Shown in pieces: positions 24,110 to 36,511 of a stretch of DNA of 64,000 nt. A program made the position numbers and the translations under genes. The DNA comes from Hypanus sabinus (Eukaryota). The stretch lies in contig NC_082736.1 of the NCBI RefSeq assembly GCF_030144855.1, forward strand, positions 6,324,001 through 6,388,000. The letters run 5' to 3'. The notes below the pieces were generated by a model, which worked only from the letters and a program-made list of their open reading frames with translations, was not told where the DNA came from and did not search any database. The first letter of the stretch is position 1. The number at the start of each line of letters is the position of its first letter.

Positions 24110-24330
24110 AATTGGCGGGCGGTTCGAAATTAATCGGGCGCCAATCACAGTGCATTCCGATTGGACGAAGTCCGACCGCCAGTTAACAATTTCCCATTTT
24201 GTCGCAAATTGTTATTCGCAGCCAACCAGCATGAAATCAATCAACCAATCGCAGCAAGGAGATCCTTTAATAGACAGTTGGTGCACAGCCAATCATAAGC
24301 GATGGGCCGGCCCTTCCCAGCGGTATAAAA
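24110..24330 (+). promoter_or_regulatory. H3 promoter
   Basis: CCAAT boxes at 24141, 24245 and 24289; TATAAAA at 24324-24330. Confidence 0.75.
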
Positions 24331-24394
24331 GCCTGTGCTGGAGCCCGTTTCGTCTATCTTGTTCCTGTATTTCAGCCTGTGTCCTCACTCCTGA

Positions 24395-24811
<417 letters not shown>

Positions 24812-25882
24812 GCCCAGCCTACACACCGAACACCACAAAAGGCTCTTTTAAGAGCCACTACCAGGGCAAAGGAAAGGGCTGTAGCTTGCTCATCATTATT
24901 GTAGTAGTGATCTGTCCTGCCGATCGATTTTGCACTAATTGACCCCGAACATCAGTTCTGTGCAGACTAGGTAATTAGCGAGGGATAGAAAATAATAGAC
25001 AATAGACAGTAGGTGCAGGAGTAGGCCATTCGGCCCTTCTAGACAGCGCCGCCATTCATTGAGATCATGGTTGAGCATATACAATCAGTACCCAGTTCCC
25101 GCCCTCTCCCCATATCCCTTGACTCCGCTGTCTATAAGAGCAATCTCTAACACTCTTGAATGCATCCAGAGATTAACGCGCTTCCCTCCCTGTCAGGGTC
25201 TCATCTGGCCCTTCACTTCTCCCACAAACCTGTCATGTACAGCTGGTGCGGCTGTTATCGTTTTGTTTGCTTTGGACATGGGGATACGTTCGTGCCCGCA
25301 GTGCTTGGAGTGGAGCATGCCGACGCGAGGGGTTAAAGTGGGGGATTTCGGGTGCGGTGACTACCAGGAAATAGTGATTTTTTAAATTAGATTTCACTCT
25401 CTTCTACATTTTTGATATTGGTGTTTTGTTTAAATTAACAATGTTGTTTTGTAGCTGGGGCCTGCATGAAGGTCAGTCGGCAATGCCACCGGGTAGTCAT
25501 ATATCCTCCCGCTGCAGTCCGTCCCAGAGACGGATCCCTCTCTCAACACGCCCCCTCCCCTCTCGCGTAGGTTTCAGCAGTTCCCAATCAACTCAGCTGA
25601 ATCTCCGCTGGCGTCAATGTCTCAGTCACTCTCTCCCGGCATCGGAGAAGGAATTGGGCCTGAAATTGCCCACATCCCATATCTCTCAATCTCTGCTCGA
25701 GTATCCACGTCTCATTTCAGACAATAGACAATAGGTGCAGAAGTAGACCATTCGGCCCATCGAGTCTGCAGCGCACCAAATGTCAGAGGTACCGGCAATC
25801 TCGGGTTCCATTGAGAAGTTCTCAATCGGACCCGGCGCGGGAATCACAACACTCCGAATCAGCTCTTTTCTGAGATGTGGGT

Positions 25883-25898
25883 GGCTCTGAAAAGAGCC
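25883..25898 (-). promoter_or_regulatory. Histone 3' stem-loop (H1)
   Basis: GGCTCTTTTCAGAGCC-ACCCA with a downstream AAAAGAG element. Confidence 0.95.
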
Positions 25899-25935
25899 GT
25901 TGGGTTCAGATACACTCAAATGGTGGATTCTCAAT

Positions 25936-26583
25936 TCACTTTTTGACTGCTGTCTTCTTGGGTTTCGCGGATTTCGACTTCAGCTTCTTGGCCGCCTTCG
26001 TCTTCGGGGTTGCGGCTTTCTTGGGGCTCTTGGGCTTCGGCGCCGCTTTCTTAGCCGCTGGTTTCTTTGCTGCCGCTTTCTTAGCCGCTGTTTTCTTTGC
26101 TGCCGCTTTCTTAGCCGCTGGTTTCTTTGCTGCCGCTTTTTTAGTCGCTGGTTTCTTTGCTGCCGCTTTTTTAGCCGCTGGTTTCTTGGCGCCAAGCTTC
26201 TTGCTGGGAGATTTCTTTGCCGCTGGCTTGTTCGCTTTCTTCACCACCTTCACGGCAGTTTTCCCTTTACCGGATTTAAAGGATCCCGAAATACCCGAGC
26301 CCTTGGCCTGAACCAAGGAGCCGCTTTCCACTTTCCTCTTGATGCTCATTTTGACCTGGTGGCGACGTTTCGCCACATCGACACCGCTGTCGGCCAGAGC
26401 CTTCATGATGGCCGCACCGGACATACCCTTCCTATCGTGACAACCCGCCACGATCTTATCGATCTGTTCGCCCAGCGAGGGACCGGTTGGTTTGCTCCGG
26501 GCAGCCGCCTTCTTCTTGGGAGTCTTCTTTGCGGCGGCGGGTGCGGCTGGAGGAGCCGTTTCGGCGGGTGCTGTCTCAGTCAT
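25936..26583 (-). CDS. H1: Histone H1 (divergent globular domain)
   Basis: MTETAPA N-terminus, globular domain ending GSGISGSFK, Lys/Ala/Pro tail; H1 box AAACACA near 26725-26731; stem-loop. Confidence 0.95.
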   Translation of the reverse strand: MTETAPAETAPPAAPAAAKKTPKKKAAARSKPTGPSLGEQIDKIVAGCHDRKGMSGAAIMKALADSGVDVAKRRHQVKMSIKRKVESGSLVQAKGSGISGSFKSGKGKTAVKVVKKANKPAAKKSPSKKLGAKKPAAKKAAAKKPATKKAAAKKPAAKKAAAKKTAAKKAAAKKPAAKKAAPKPKSPKKAATPKTKAAKKLKSKSAKPKKTAVKK

Positions 26584-27134
26584 GTCGGCGACTCTGGTAA
26601 CTCCTTCTCACAATCAGAATTTAATGAGAAATGAAGCGAAAGGCGGCGGCACAGAGCAATTTAAAGGCAGCGAGCGGACGGGGCGGAGACATCCTGCTGT
26701 CAGCTCCCGGCGGCTTCATTTTTCTGTGTTTCTCTCTCCTCAAAAACTCGCTGATTCCAATTCAAATCGGACGCTGCGGAGACTCGGACTAGTCCCTGTC
26801 CGTTCCTGAGGCCGGAATGTTCGCTGGAAAGAAAGTTTAATCGGGATTAAAGGCAGCGCTTTCTATTTTAACCCGTTTCGTTACTGCATTGCCCGCGTTC
26901 TCTCTCCCGATCGTTGACCTGTTCTCTGTTTTATGGCTGAAATATTTAATCGAATTAAAACTTTGTGGTTAATTCCCTCTTCGGGACTGAGCTGGGGAGT
27001 GGGGCGTTTCCGTAACAGAAAAATCTTTTCATTTTCTACAGGAGGCGCTGAGAAATCCTACGATGTGTTAGGACTCACAAACACAGTGACACTGGTCTAA
27101 GCCGCCCGCTCCTTTAACTCACTCTCTCTGACAC

Positions 27135-27305
27135 AATACACACTCAATGCTGACGGAAATCAGCAACTCAGGCAGCATCAATGGTGGGAATAAACAGCCG
27201 ACTTTTCGGGCTGAGACCCTTCCTCAGGACTCTGGTGGGAGATGCTGCCGGACTTGCTGGGTTCCTCCAGCATTTTGTCCGCGTTGTTCGCGATTCCCAG
27301 AATCT
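27135..27305. mobile_element. Inverted pair of Penelope-like terminal repeats
   Basis: Same repeat as 20181-20314 in both orientations; degenerate hammerhead at 27196-27231. Confidence 0.65.
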
Positions 27306-28389
27306 CTTGGCGTTATGCTGACCCAATGTTCACATCTGCACCTTCATCGCATTGTACTGCCGTCAACATAAAATGACAGATTCCTTGTCATATAACACGG
27401 TGATAAATGATTCTGATTCCAAGGAATAAAGGACAACGGACACTGTCTGACCAACCTCTCTGTGTAACTGAGAACCTCAGGTCCGGGAAACATCCTTGGA
27501 AATCGTTTCTACACTCTCCCCAGTTTAACCACCTTTCCGAAAACGGTGACAAGAGCTGTACACAATACAAGTGTGGCCTCCAGTCACTTACACAACTGTA
27601 ACATAATATCGCAACTGATATTCTCAGTCCCCCGACTAATGAAGATCAGCATGTTAAACCCCGTGCTTCATCACCCTGTCTACCAGTGAGACCACTTTCA
27701 AACAACTGTGTGCGAGAGATTTACCCCTAAATCTCTCCGGCCCATTACACTCCCTAATGACCGACCATTTTGATTTTGCATCCCAAATCCTGTAACTTTG
27801 TTCCCTGACCAATCAAGACAAATAGGCCAAACATGGTCTTCACCATCCTGACTACCTGTGTTGTCACTTTCAGTGAATGATATTCCTGTATTCCATGGAC
27901 ACTGTCTCTGCAATACTCACCAAGGAACAAGAATTAACTGTGCAGGTCCTTCTCTGGTTGGACTTCACAAAATGCAAGATCTCACACTTGTCCACATCAA
28001 CTTCCATCTGCCATTCTTTGGCCGACTTCCTCAGGTCATCTCGATCCCGTTGTACTCTCAACGAATCTTCACTGCCCACTCTACCAACAACAAAACACTG
28101 TGTAACAAGTACTAGAATCCCCTAACTGAGGGGAATGGAGATGCTGGATGACCAAAAAGATTTAAAGAGAAGCAAGATAACTGTTTATAAAATCAGGGAA
28201 GTGGGATCGACATACAAGAGAAGGCTGATGGCAGATCAGACTTTACATGGAATTGTGGGTGAGGGATTAAGAGAGAACACACTGGAGGCTTCATCCAGTG
28301 AGACGGTGTGGATAGAGCTCAGGATAAGAGAGGTGCATTCACTGATGGAGTTGTGCTCCAGGCCTCCCAAATGGCCTGTGGTACAGGCC

Positions 28390-28635
28390 TCCTAGCTGAG
28401 GCAGCACGTTGTGTCCTTGAGCAAAGCACTTAACAACACATTGCTCTGCGACGACTCCGGTACCAAGCTGCTTGGGTCCTAGTGCCCTTCCCTTGGAACA
28501 TCGATGGTGTGGAAAGGGGAAGGCTTGCAGCTTGGGCAACTGCCAGTCTCCCATACAACCCTGCCCAGGCCTGTGTCCTGGAAAAACCTTTCAAGGCGCA
28601 AATCAATGGTCTCTCAAGACTAACTGATGCCTATA
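28390..28635 (+). mobile_element. Probable CORE-type SINE fragment
   Basis: GTGTCCTTGAGCAAAGCACTTAAC resembles the CORE-SINE motif; inserted between CR1 pieces. Confidence 0.45.
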
Positions 28636-30639
28636 AATGCAAGATTCAGCAGGTCCCTATTGCAGTTCTTAAAAAGGGAATAATATTTGTCATTTCATAC
28701 TCTTCTGTATCCTGGCCCGTAATTAAAAAAGCATCAGTTTTGAGTTTTGTTAAATTTTTGTCCTTATTTTATCCCTCCACCATCAGGATTTTGAACCAAA
28801 ATTCAAAGTAAGTTTATTATCAAAGTACGTATACATACTACAACTTTGAGGTTTGTTTCAAACAGGACACATCTGTCTTTTTTTTGTTTAAAACAAAGAA
28901 AGTCAAAATCTCGTCAAGACTTTCAAACATTGTGGAGATCTTTTCTGAATTATTTTCAAAACCTTCAATTCGTTGTTTAAACTCAGATGTTGGCTATTAT
29001 TAATTTTTATTATATGAGAAGGTATTTTACCACCTTTATTCCTTAATGAACAGCTTCGGCCCTGGTAGGGGTTAGATTCTTTCTTTTTGTAATAAATTAG
29101 TATATTTCAATATAAATATTGATTAACTTACATGAATACGGGGTAATGAGATTGTTGTTATGGACAGATGTATTTAGTTTTTTAAAAATCCTTTTTGACC
29201 TTTTATGTACATTTTCTTATTCTCTGTATTCTTCTATATAGAAAGTAATAAAAATATTGGAAAGAAAAACTTGGGCATTTAGCTCCCAACGACAAATATT
29301 CTTCAGCTGTGATTCAGTGATGGTCACATTATACATGACAATCCATAATAGGGCAATAAGATTATCCGCCTTATTTCTTATACTCTGTGCATTGAGAAAA
29401 AAAAACACTGAGTACTGCATTTGCTACCCTTACTGAGTCTGCATCCCTCATGCACTGATACTCACCCTGCTGGCTGCAGTTATCATCTGTCTGCCCTTCC
29501 TGACAGTGTGGCTGCATGCTACCTTTGCAGTTTTACCATCTGTCCCTGCCTGAGTCATTTCACTCCAGATCCCACGCCCCTACCAAATTAGTTTAAACCC
29601 TCCCCAACTGCTGTAACAAACCAGCAGTATGCCCACAAGAAAAATAATCTCAGGTTTTCTTATGATGACAGAAATGATTTTGATATTACATTTACTCTCA
29701 CCTTTGAACTTTGTAGTAGAGAGCCGGGTGTTGTACTGGTCTGTGTCCTCACTGGCCGGTGCTGTGCTCTGGCAGCTCAGTGTGCTTGGAATACAGTGTC
29801 AGTGTTTTTACAGAAGTGTGTCCTCATTACACAATTGATCTTGTCCAACCAGGAGCTTGGAAAATTCACTGGAGACCAGAATAATTTTTTCAGACTATAA
29901 TTAGTTGCAGGATCCTTCTGGGATTATCTAGACTCTGACCCATCAAGTTTATACCAATTCCTGCTACAACATTTCCACAGTCCCATTCCCCACTCTGTCC
30001 CCACAGCTCTGCTGGTTATTTTCCCTGAAGGACCTGTCTAATTCCTCTTTGAACACTGGTTGTTCCCGCCACCACTCTGGTGAGACCCATATTTCCCAAG
30101 GTGAAGTCAAGAATGTCTCCCTCCCTGGTGGACCATCTACATACTGTTTCAGGAAACCTTCCTGAACACACATAATGCCAGATCCAAGTCTCAGGTGGTA
30201 AGGGAGTCCCAGTCACTCTGGGGAGATTATTCACTCACCAAAACTACTCTGTTGTTTTTACATCAGCCCTTAACCTGCCGACATATCTGTTCCTCTCTCT
30301 GACTGGCTTTTTGGAGCCCGACAGTATAATCCCATCACAGTGATTGCACCTTTCTCATTCCTGAGTTCCACCCACATTGTCTCACTGGATGACCTTGAAT
30401 TTGTGACATTTTGCCTGATCAACAGTACAGCTCCCCAGCCTCATTCACCTCCCTCTGGACTGTCTGAATCCGCATCCTGGAATGTTTCGCTACCAGTCCT
30501 GTCCTTCTCTGTAATGGCTGAATCACTGTGCCATGTACTAATCCAGGCTCTAAGTACGTCTGCATTAACTGTTCCACACCCGGCACTGACACAAACACAC
30601 TTCAGCCCCTCGGTGCCACTGTGCTCTTTAACTATGCAG

Positions 30640-31060
30640 TGGTGTACTGGGCAAATGCCATCAACACGGGTGATGCCATCTGAGAATAAACTGATTAGAA
30701 AGGCTGGCTCTGCTATAGGAGTCAAACTGGACACACTGGAGGCCGTGGTTGAACAAAGGATCCTACCGAAAATCCTGACAATTCTGGACAATGTTTCTCA
30801 CCCTCTGCATGCCTCCTTGGCTGAACAGAGGAGCATCTTCAGTAACAGACTGAGACAACTGTGCTGCTCGGAGGAGCGCTGTATGAAGTCATCCTTACAC
30901 TGGGCCATTAGGCTTTGTAATGAGTCAACCTGTAGCCGGGGAGGTGATGACACCCCCCATGTTAGACTGTTGGAGGTAACTTACTTTTTATTCTTTCTCT
31001 TATTTCTAATATTTGTTTATCTGTGCACTTGTAGTGCTACTGAGACACTGTAATTTATCT
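30640..31060 (+). mobile_element. Rex-like LINE 3' fragment
   Basis: NKLIRKAGSAIG...ILDNVSHPLH. Confidence 0.7.
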
Positions 31061-31199
31061 ATTTGGACTTACTTTCTGTGTTAATCCACATCCATCAATG
31101 CCACTACTGACCTTTCACTCCTCCCATCAGCTGTCCTGAAAGAGAGCCCAATGATCCATGTAACTAAAACCCTCCGTCCTGCACCAGCTTGTTAGCCAC

Positions 31200-32200
31200 T
31201 ACCTTCTGGGGGAAATGTGAAATGATAGGAGAAGACCGGAGGGGTTGGGATGAAGCTAAGAGCTGGAAAGGTGATTGGCGAATATGATACAGAGCTGGAA
31301 AAGGGAAAGGATCCTGGGACAGGAGGCTTCGGGAGAAAGAAAGGGCGGGGTGGTAAGCACCAGAGGGAGATGGAAAAAGGCAAACAACTAAGTATGTCAG
31401 AGATGGGGTAAGAAGGGGAGGAGGGGCATTAATTGAAGTTAGAGAAGTCAATGTTTATACCATCAGGTTGGAGGCTACCCAGCCGGTATATAAGGTGTTG
31501 TTCCTCCAACCTGAGTGTGGCTTCATCTTGACAGCAGAGAAAGGCCATGGATAGACATATCAGAATGGGAATGGGACATGGAATTAAAATATGTGGCCAC
31601 TGGGAGATCCTGCTTTCTCTGATGGACCAAGCGTTGGTGTTCAACGAAACGTTCTCCCAGTCTGTGTCGGGTCTCACCAAAGTAGAAAAGGCCACACTGG
31701 GAGCACCGGACGCAGTATACCACACCAGCCGACTCACAGCTGGAAGGACTGTCTGCGGCCCTGAGTGATGGTGAAGGAGGAAGTGTAAGGGCAGGTGTAG
31801 CACTTGTTCCGCTTACAAGGATAAGTGCCAGGAGGGAGATCAGTGGGAAGGGATGGGGGGACTAGTGGACAAGGGAGTCGCGTAGAGAGCGATCCCTGCA
31901 GAAAGCAAAAAGAGGGGGGTAGGGAAAGATGTGCCTGGTCGTGGGATCACTTTGGAGGTGGCAGAAGTTACGGAGAATTATATGTTGGAGCTGGTGGGGT
32001 GGTAGGTGAGGGCAAGGGGAACCCTATCCCGAGTGGGGTGGCGGGCGGATGGGGTGGGGGCAGAAGTGAGGAAAATGTGAGAGATGCTTTGGAGAGCAGA
32101 GTTGATGGTGGAAGACGGGAAGTCCCTTTGTTTAAAACAGGAAGAAATCTTCGTCCTGGAATGAAAAGCCTCATTCTGAGAGCAGATGTGGCATTGTAGA
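31200..32200 (-). mobile_element. Penelope-like element fragment (GIY-YIG endonuclease)
   Basis: VYCVRCSQCGLFYFGETRHRLGERFVEH and EEQHLIYRLGSLQPDGINIDFSNF. Confidence 0.88.
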
Positions 32201-32669
32201 GGGTGACTAATTTCCCCAGTTTTGACTGGGACTCCCTTAGACTCAGGGGCTTACATATCACTGCATTTGTTAGAAGAGTACTGGGATGTTTGATGATCTG
32301 GGCCTGTACTCACTGGAATCTAGAAGAATGAGGGAGAATTGTATAGAAACACATTGAATTTGAAAGGCCTTGATATGAGAGGATGTTTCCTATAATAGAA
32401 GAATCTGGAACCAGACCACACCCTCAATACAAAGATGCCCCTCTAGAATAGAGATGAGTGATTTCTTTAGTCAGAAGGTGATCAATTGATGGGTTTCCTT
32501 GGCATGAAGACAGTCAGTCGGGTCTCTTTCGCAAAATGTTCATTTATAATCTGAGGACTGTGTGGACGTGTTTTTTTTTCAGTAAATATGGTCGGTTCCA
32601 CAGGGTAAACGTACCTTTGTAGACAGTCAGAGACCTGAAAGCTGGACCACGGTGAGCATTCTGTCAGGC

Positions 32670-33130
32670 AACATCTGTCTGGTGTGGAGGGGCTACGGCA
32701 CAGCACCGAAAGAAGCTGCTGATAGTACCCAGGACATCTTTCGGGAGCGGTGCTCATAAAGGCAGCGTCCATTATTAAACACTTCCAACACCCAGGGCAT
32801 GCCCTTTTCTCACGGTTACCGACAGATAGGAGATACAGAAGCCTGAAGGCACACTCAGCGATTCAGGAACAGCTTCTTCCCCTCTGCCATCCGATTCCTA
32901 AATGGACATTGAAGCTTTGAATAATACATCACTTTTCCAATATAGTTTCTCAGTCTTTGCACATTTTTAAAACAATCTATTCAATATACGTAACTGATTT
33001 ACTTGTTTTTTCATTATGTGTTATTTTATTTATTATTTTTCTCTCTCTGCTAGATTATGTATGACATTGAACTGCTGCTGCTAAGTTAACAAATTTCACG
33101 TCACATGCCGGTGATAATAAACTTGATTCT
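32670..33130 (+). mobile_element. Rex-like LINE 3' end
   Basis: HPGHALFS..GRRYRSL-type coding remnant; 3' end GATAATAAACTTGATTCTGA. Confidence 0.65.
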
Positions 33131-33567
33131 GAAATGTAAAACGCAAATGTTATTTTTTCTGTGAGGCGATGGGAATCGCTCATGAAGCAACGAACAGGCG
33201 ATGTTCCCGCATTCTGCACACCGGAACGGTCCGGGGTCAACCCGCAATGTGGAACCCAGACAACGCGGTTCAAGGTGATGAAGAGCGGAGTCGTTCAGTG
33301 ATCGGAGATTAAATTCGCCCTCCCGGGGCTGACTCCGGAAGTTCATTTCACCACCCTACGCCTAGTGAACCCACTGATACTCTGCGAGGGGAGAGAGCTA
33401 CATTCCGTCGGCTGAGAGGGGAAAAGCCGGGACTGAAACGAACCGGTTTCTGTGCAGATTTATTCCGGTTTCTTTCGCGGAAGAAACATGTCGAGGCACT
33501 GACAGATGCAGGATATCAAACCGACGGATAGAACCCGCCGCTCAGCCCTTCCACAGACATTGTGAGT

Positions 33568-33583
33568 GGCTCTGAAAAGAGCC
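33568..33583 (-). promoter_or_regulatory. Histone 3' stem-loop (H2A)
   Basis: GGCTCTTTTCAGAGCC-ACTCA. Confidence 0.95.
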
Positions 33584-33613
33584 TTTGGAGAAATAGATTC
33601 AGCTTACGTCGCT

Positions 33614-34018
<405 letters not shown>

Positions 34019-34562
34019 CTAACGAGAATGAAGGAATGTTCACCCCGCCCCAACTCGCCCATTTTATACCTACTTTGAGAATGCAAACTGATGTCTGTGA
34101 TTGGTCTGATCCTGCTTATTCTCATTGGTGAAGAGAAATGCTCCAATCGAAGAACTGCCTTAATCACCAATCAGCGGTCCGTAAAAGTAGAAGCGGGAAA
34201 AATAACCGTCTCCTTCCCAAAGTGCACTGCAATCTGGAAAAAAGCCCGCCAAAAAATAAATCTATTATTCAAATTTAATTTCAAGTTAAATCATTGCAGA
34301 TCTGTTTTAAGATTGGGTCTTCGCATTTCCCTCTGTTACTGAAACCGGGCACATTTGATTTAAGTGTAATTGATATTGGTGTCTGGGAACTCAATTCTCT
34401 AATTTCTTTCAACCCGTAACGGAACCGAATAAAACTGCCGCTCATCTTCTGCTCGCGGCCGGTCACTGTGTGGACGTTATCAGGTTATGGAAAACGGTTC
34501 TTCTCAAACTTTGTCCAGCGTCTAGTCTGCAATTTTATAAAGTTATTATATGAAAGAGCCAT

Positions 34563-34671
34563 CACGAGGAAGTCTGCAGATGCTGGAATTTCAAACACAC
34601 ACAAAATGCTGGTGGAACCCAGCAGGCCAGTCAGCATCTATAAGCAGAAGGACTGTCGACGCTTCTCCATT
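34563..34671 (-). mobile_element. Short Penelope-like terminal repeat insertion
   Basis: 12-bp TSD TGAAAGAGCCAT (34551-34562 and 34672-34683); repeat ends at GTCGACG. Confidence 0.75.
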
Positions 34672-34922
34672 TGAAAGAGCCATAATGTCTTTCAGGCTCG
34701 AGTTGAAATGAGATTCAGGAGTTACCCAACTGGAACCAATAAACTGCTGAAGCCGCAAGTAAAACAACAACGGCAGCAATCCTCCGCTTGGCATGGATAC
34801 CGAGTGGGCGGACTGATGGGGGGGGGGGGGGACGACGACAATTCCTTGTCAGTTCAGTGGGAGCTTATTACAATCGCGATTTCGCTCTTGTAGAAGTCAC
34901 CAGACAAAGTATGTATAATTTA

Positions 34923-35324
34923 TTACCTAAAAGCTAGTACAACTCTTTCATTGAAATTGTATGTGACTCTTAAAAGAGCCGTTGTGTTTTCGGACACGGC
35001 GTGCTTGGCCAGCTCCCCGGGCAGCAGCAGGCGCACGGCGGTCTGGATCTCCCGGGAGCTGATGGTGGACCGCTTGTTGTAATGGGCCAGGCGGGAAGCC
35101 TCACCCCCGATTCGCTCGAAGATATCGTTGACGAACGAGTTCATGATGCTCATGGCCTTGGAGGAGATGCCGGTGTCGGGATGAACCTGCTTCATCACTT
35201 TGTAGATGTAGATGGAGTAACTCTCCTTCCTCAGCCTCTTGCGTTTCTTCCCTGCCTTACCCGCTGGTTTGGGCAAAGCTTTCCTGCCGCCCTTCTTCGG
35301 AGCGGATTTCCCTGGCTCAGGCAT
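34923..35324 (-). pseudogene. H2B: Histone H2B with a deleted 3' end reading through its stem-loop
   Basis: Canonical up to KHAVSE, then [10 protein letters not shown]... encoded by the 3' UTR/stem-loop (34965-34980, GGCTCTTTTAAGAGTC). Confidence 0.9.
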
Positions 35325-35992
35325 CTCCTCTGACCGTTTTGGACTCAGAAATAAGCGGAATCGGCTGGGAGCACAATTTAAATAGGCAGCACCCAGATCA
35401 GTATGCTAATGAAGGATGGGAATGCTTTGGATTCCCAAAGGCTATTCGAAGAAAAGATATTTGCAGTCTATTCATTTCACTGGATATCTGTAGAACACGT
35501 TCAAACAATCAGAATTCTCTCTCCGCGACCCATTGTCGTTTCGGCTAACACCGTGGACTGGGAATGGCGTTGATCTGGTGAGTTGCCGCTGCCGGTTCAT
35601 TCGGCAGGAAAGAAATCAAAAATACAAAATGGACCATAAAGTACAGGCGCAGTACTCGGCCATTCGACCTGTGGTGTCGGCTGGAAAAGCAGATGGAATG
35701 AGAAAAACACAAACTTGATAATATGAAACGTTTATGTGAAGAAACAGGGCAGCAGGAGATCGAAGGTCAAATTGTCCTCATGAGAGACCTATTTCTGAGT
35801 GAGGTTGAAAGTCGAGTTTGTAGTCATATCGGAGACACAACATTCACAAAATATAAACATACTGTATAGAATTATAGATAGAAGAGAATTTGAGCAAGAA
35901 TCTCAAGACAGTCCATTGCTGTGTAAAGTGGACAAAGTGGTGCTGTACTGAGTTGCGATGTGGGTTCTCCAGTTTATTAAAGAACAAAATGA

Positions 35993-36511
35993 CTGTCCCT
36001 GTCAGTCTCTGGTACAGTGTGAGAGTGTGGGATTCATTCTGTAACTGTCAGTCTCTGGTACAGTGTGAAAGTGTGGGGTTCATTCTGTATCTGTCAGTCT
36101 CTGGTAGAGTATGAGAGTGTGGGGTTTATTCTGTACCTGTCAGTCTCTGGTATAGTGTGAGAGTGTGGGATTCATTCTGTAACTGTCAGTCTCTGGTACT
36201 GTGTGAGAGTGTGGGGTTCATTCTGTCCCTGTCAGTCTCTGGTACAGTGTGAGAGTCTGGGGTTCATTCTGTCCCTGTCAATCTCTGGTACAGTGCAAGA
36301 TTGTGGGGTTCATTCTGTACCTGTCAGTCTCTGGTACAGTGTGAGAGTGTGGGGTTCATTCTGTCCCTGTCAGTCTATGGTACAGTGTGATCTTGTGGGG
36401 TTCATTCTGTATCTGTCAGTCTCTGGTACAGTGTGAGAGTGTGGGGTTCAATCTGTACCTGTCACTCTCTGGTACAGTGTGAGTCCGTGGGGTTCGTTCT
36501 GTATCTGTCAG
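35993..36511. repeat. 46-bp satellite array (about 11 units)
   Basis: Unit CTGTCAGTCTCTGGTACAGTGTGAGAGTGTGGGGTTCATTCTGTAC. Confidence 0.95.

Noticed and set aside
30340-31053. 237-aa ORF
   Set aside because: Chance read-through across an antisense CR1 piece and a Rex 3' fragment
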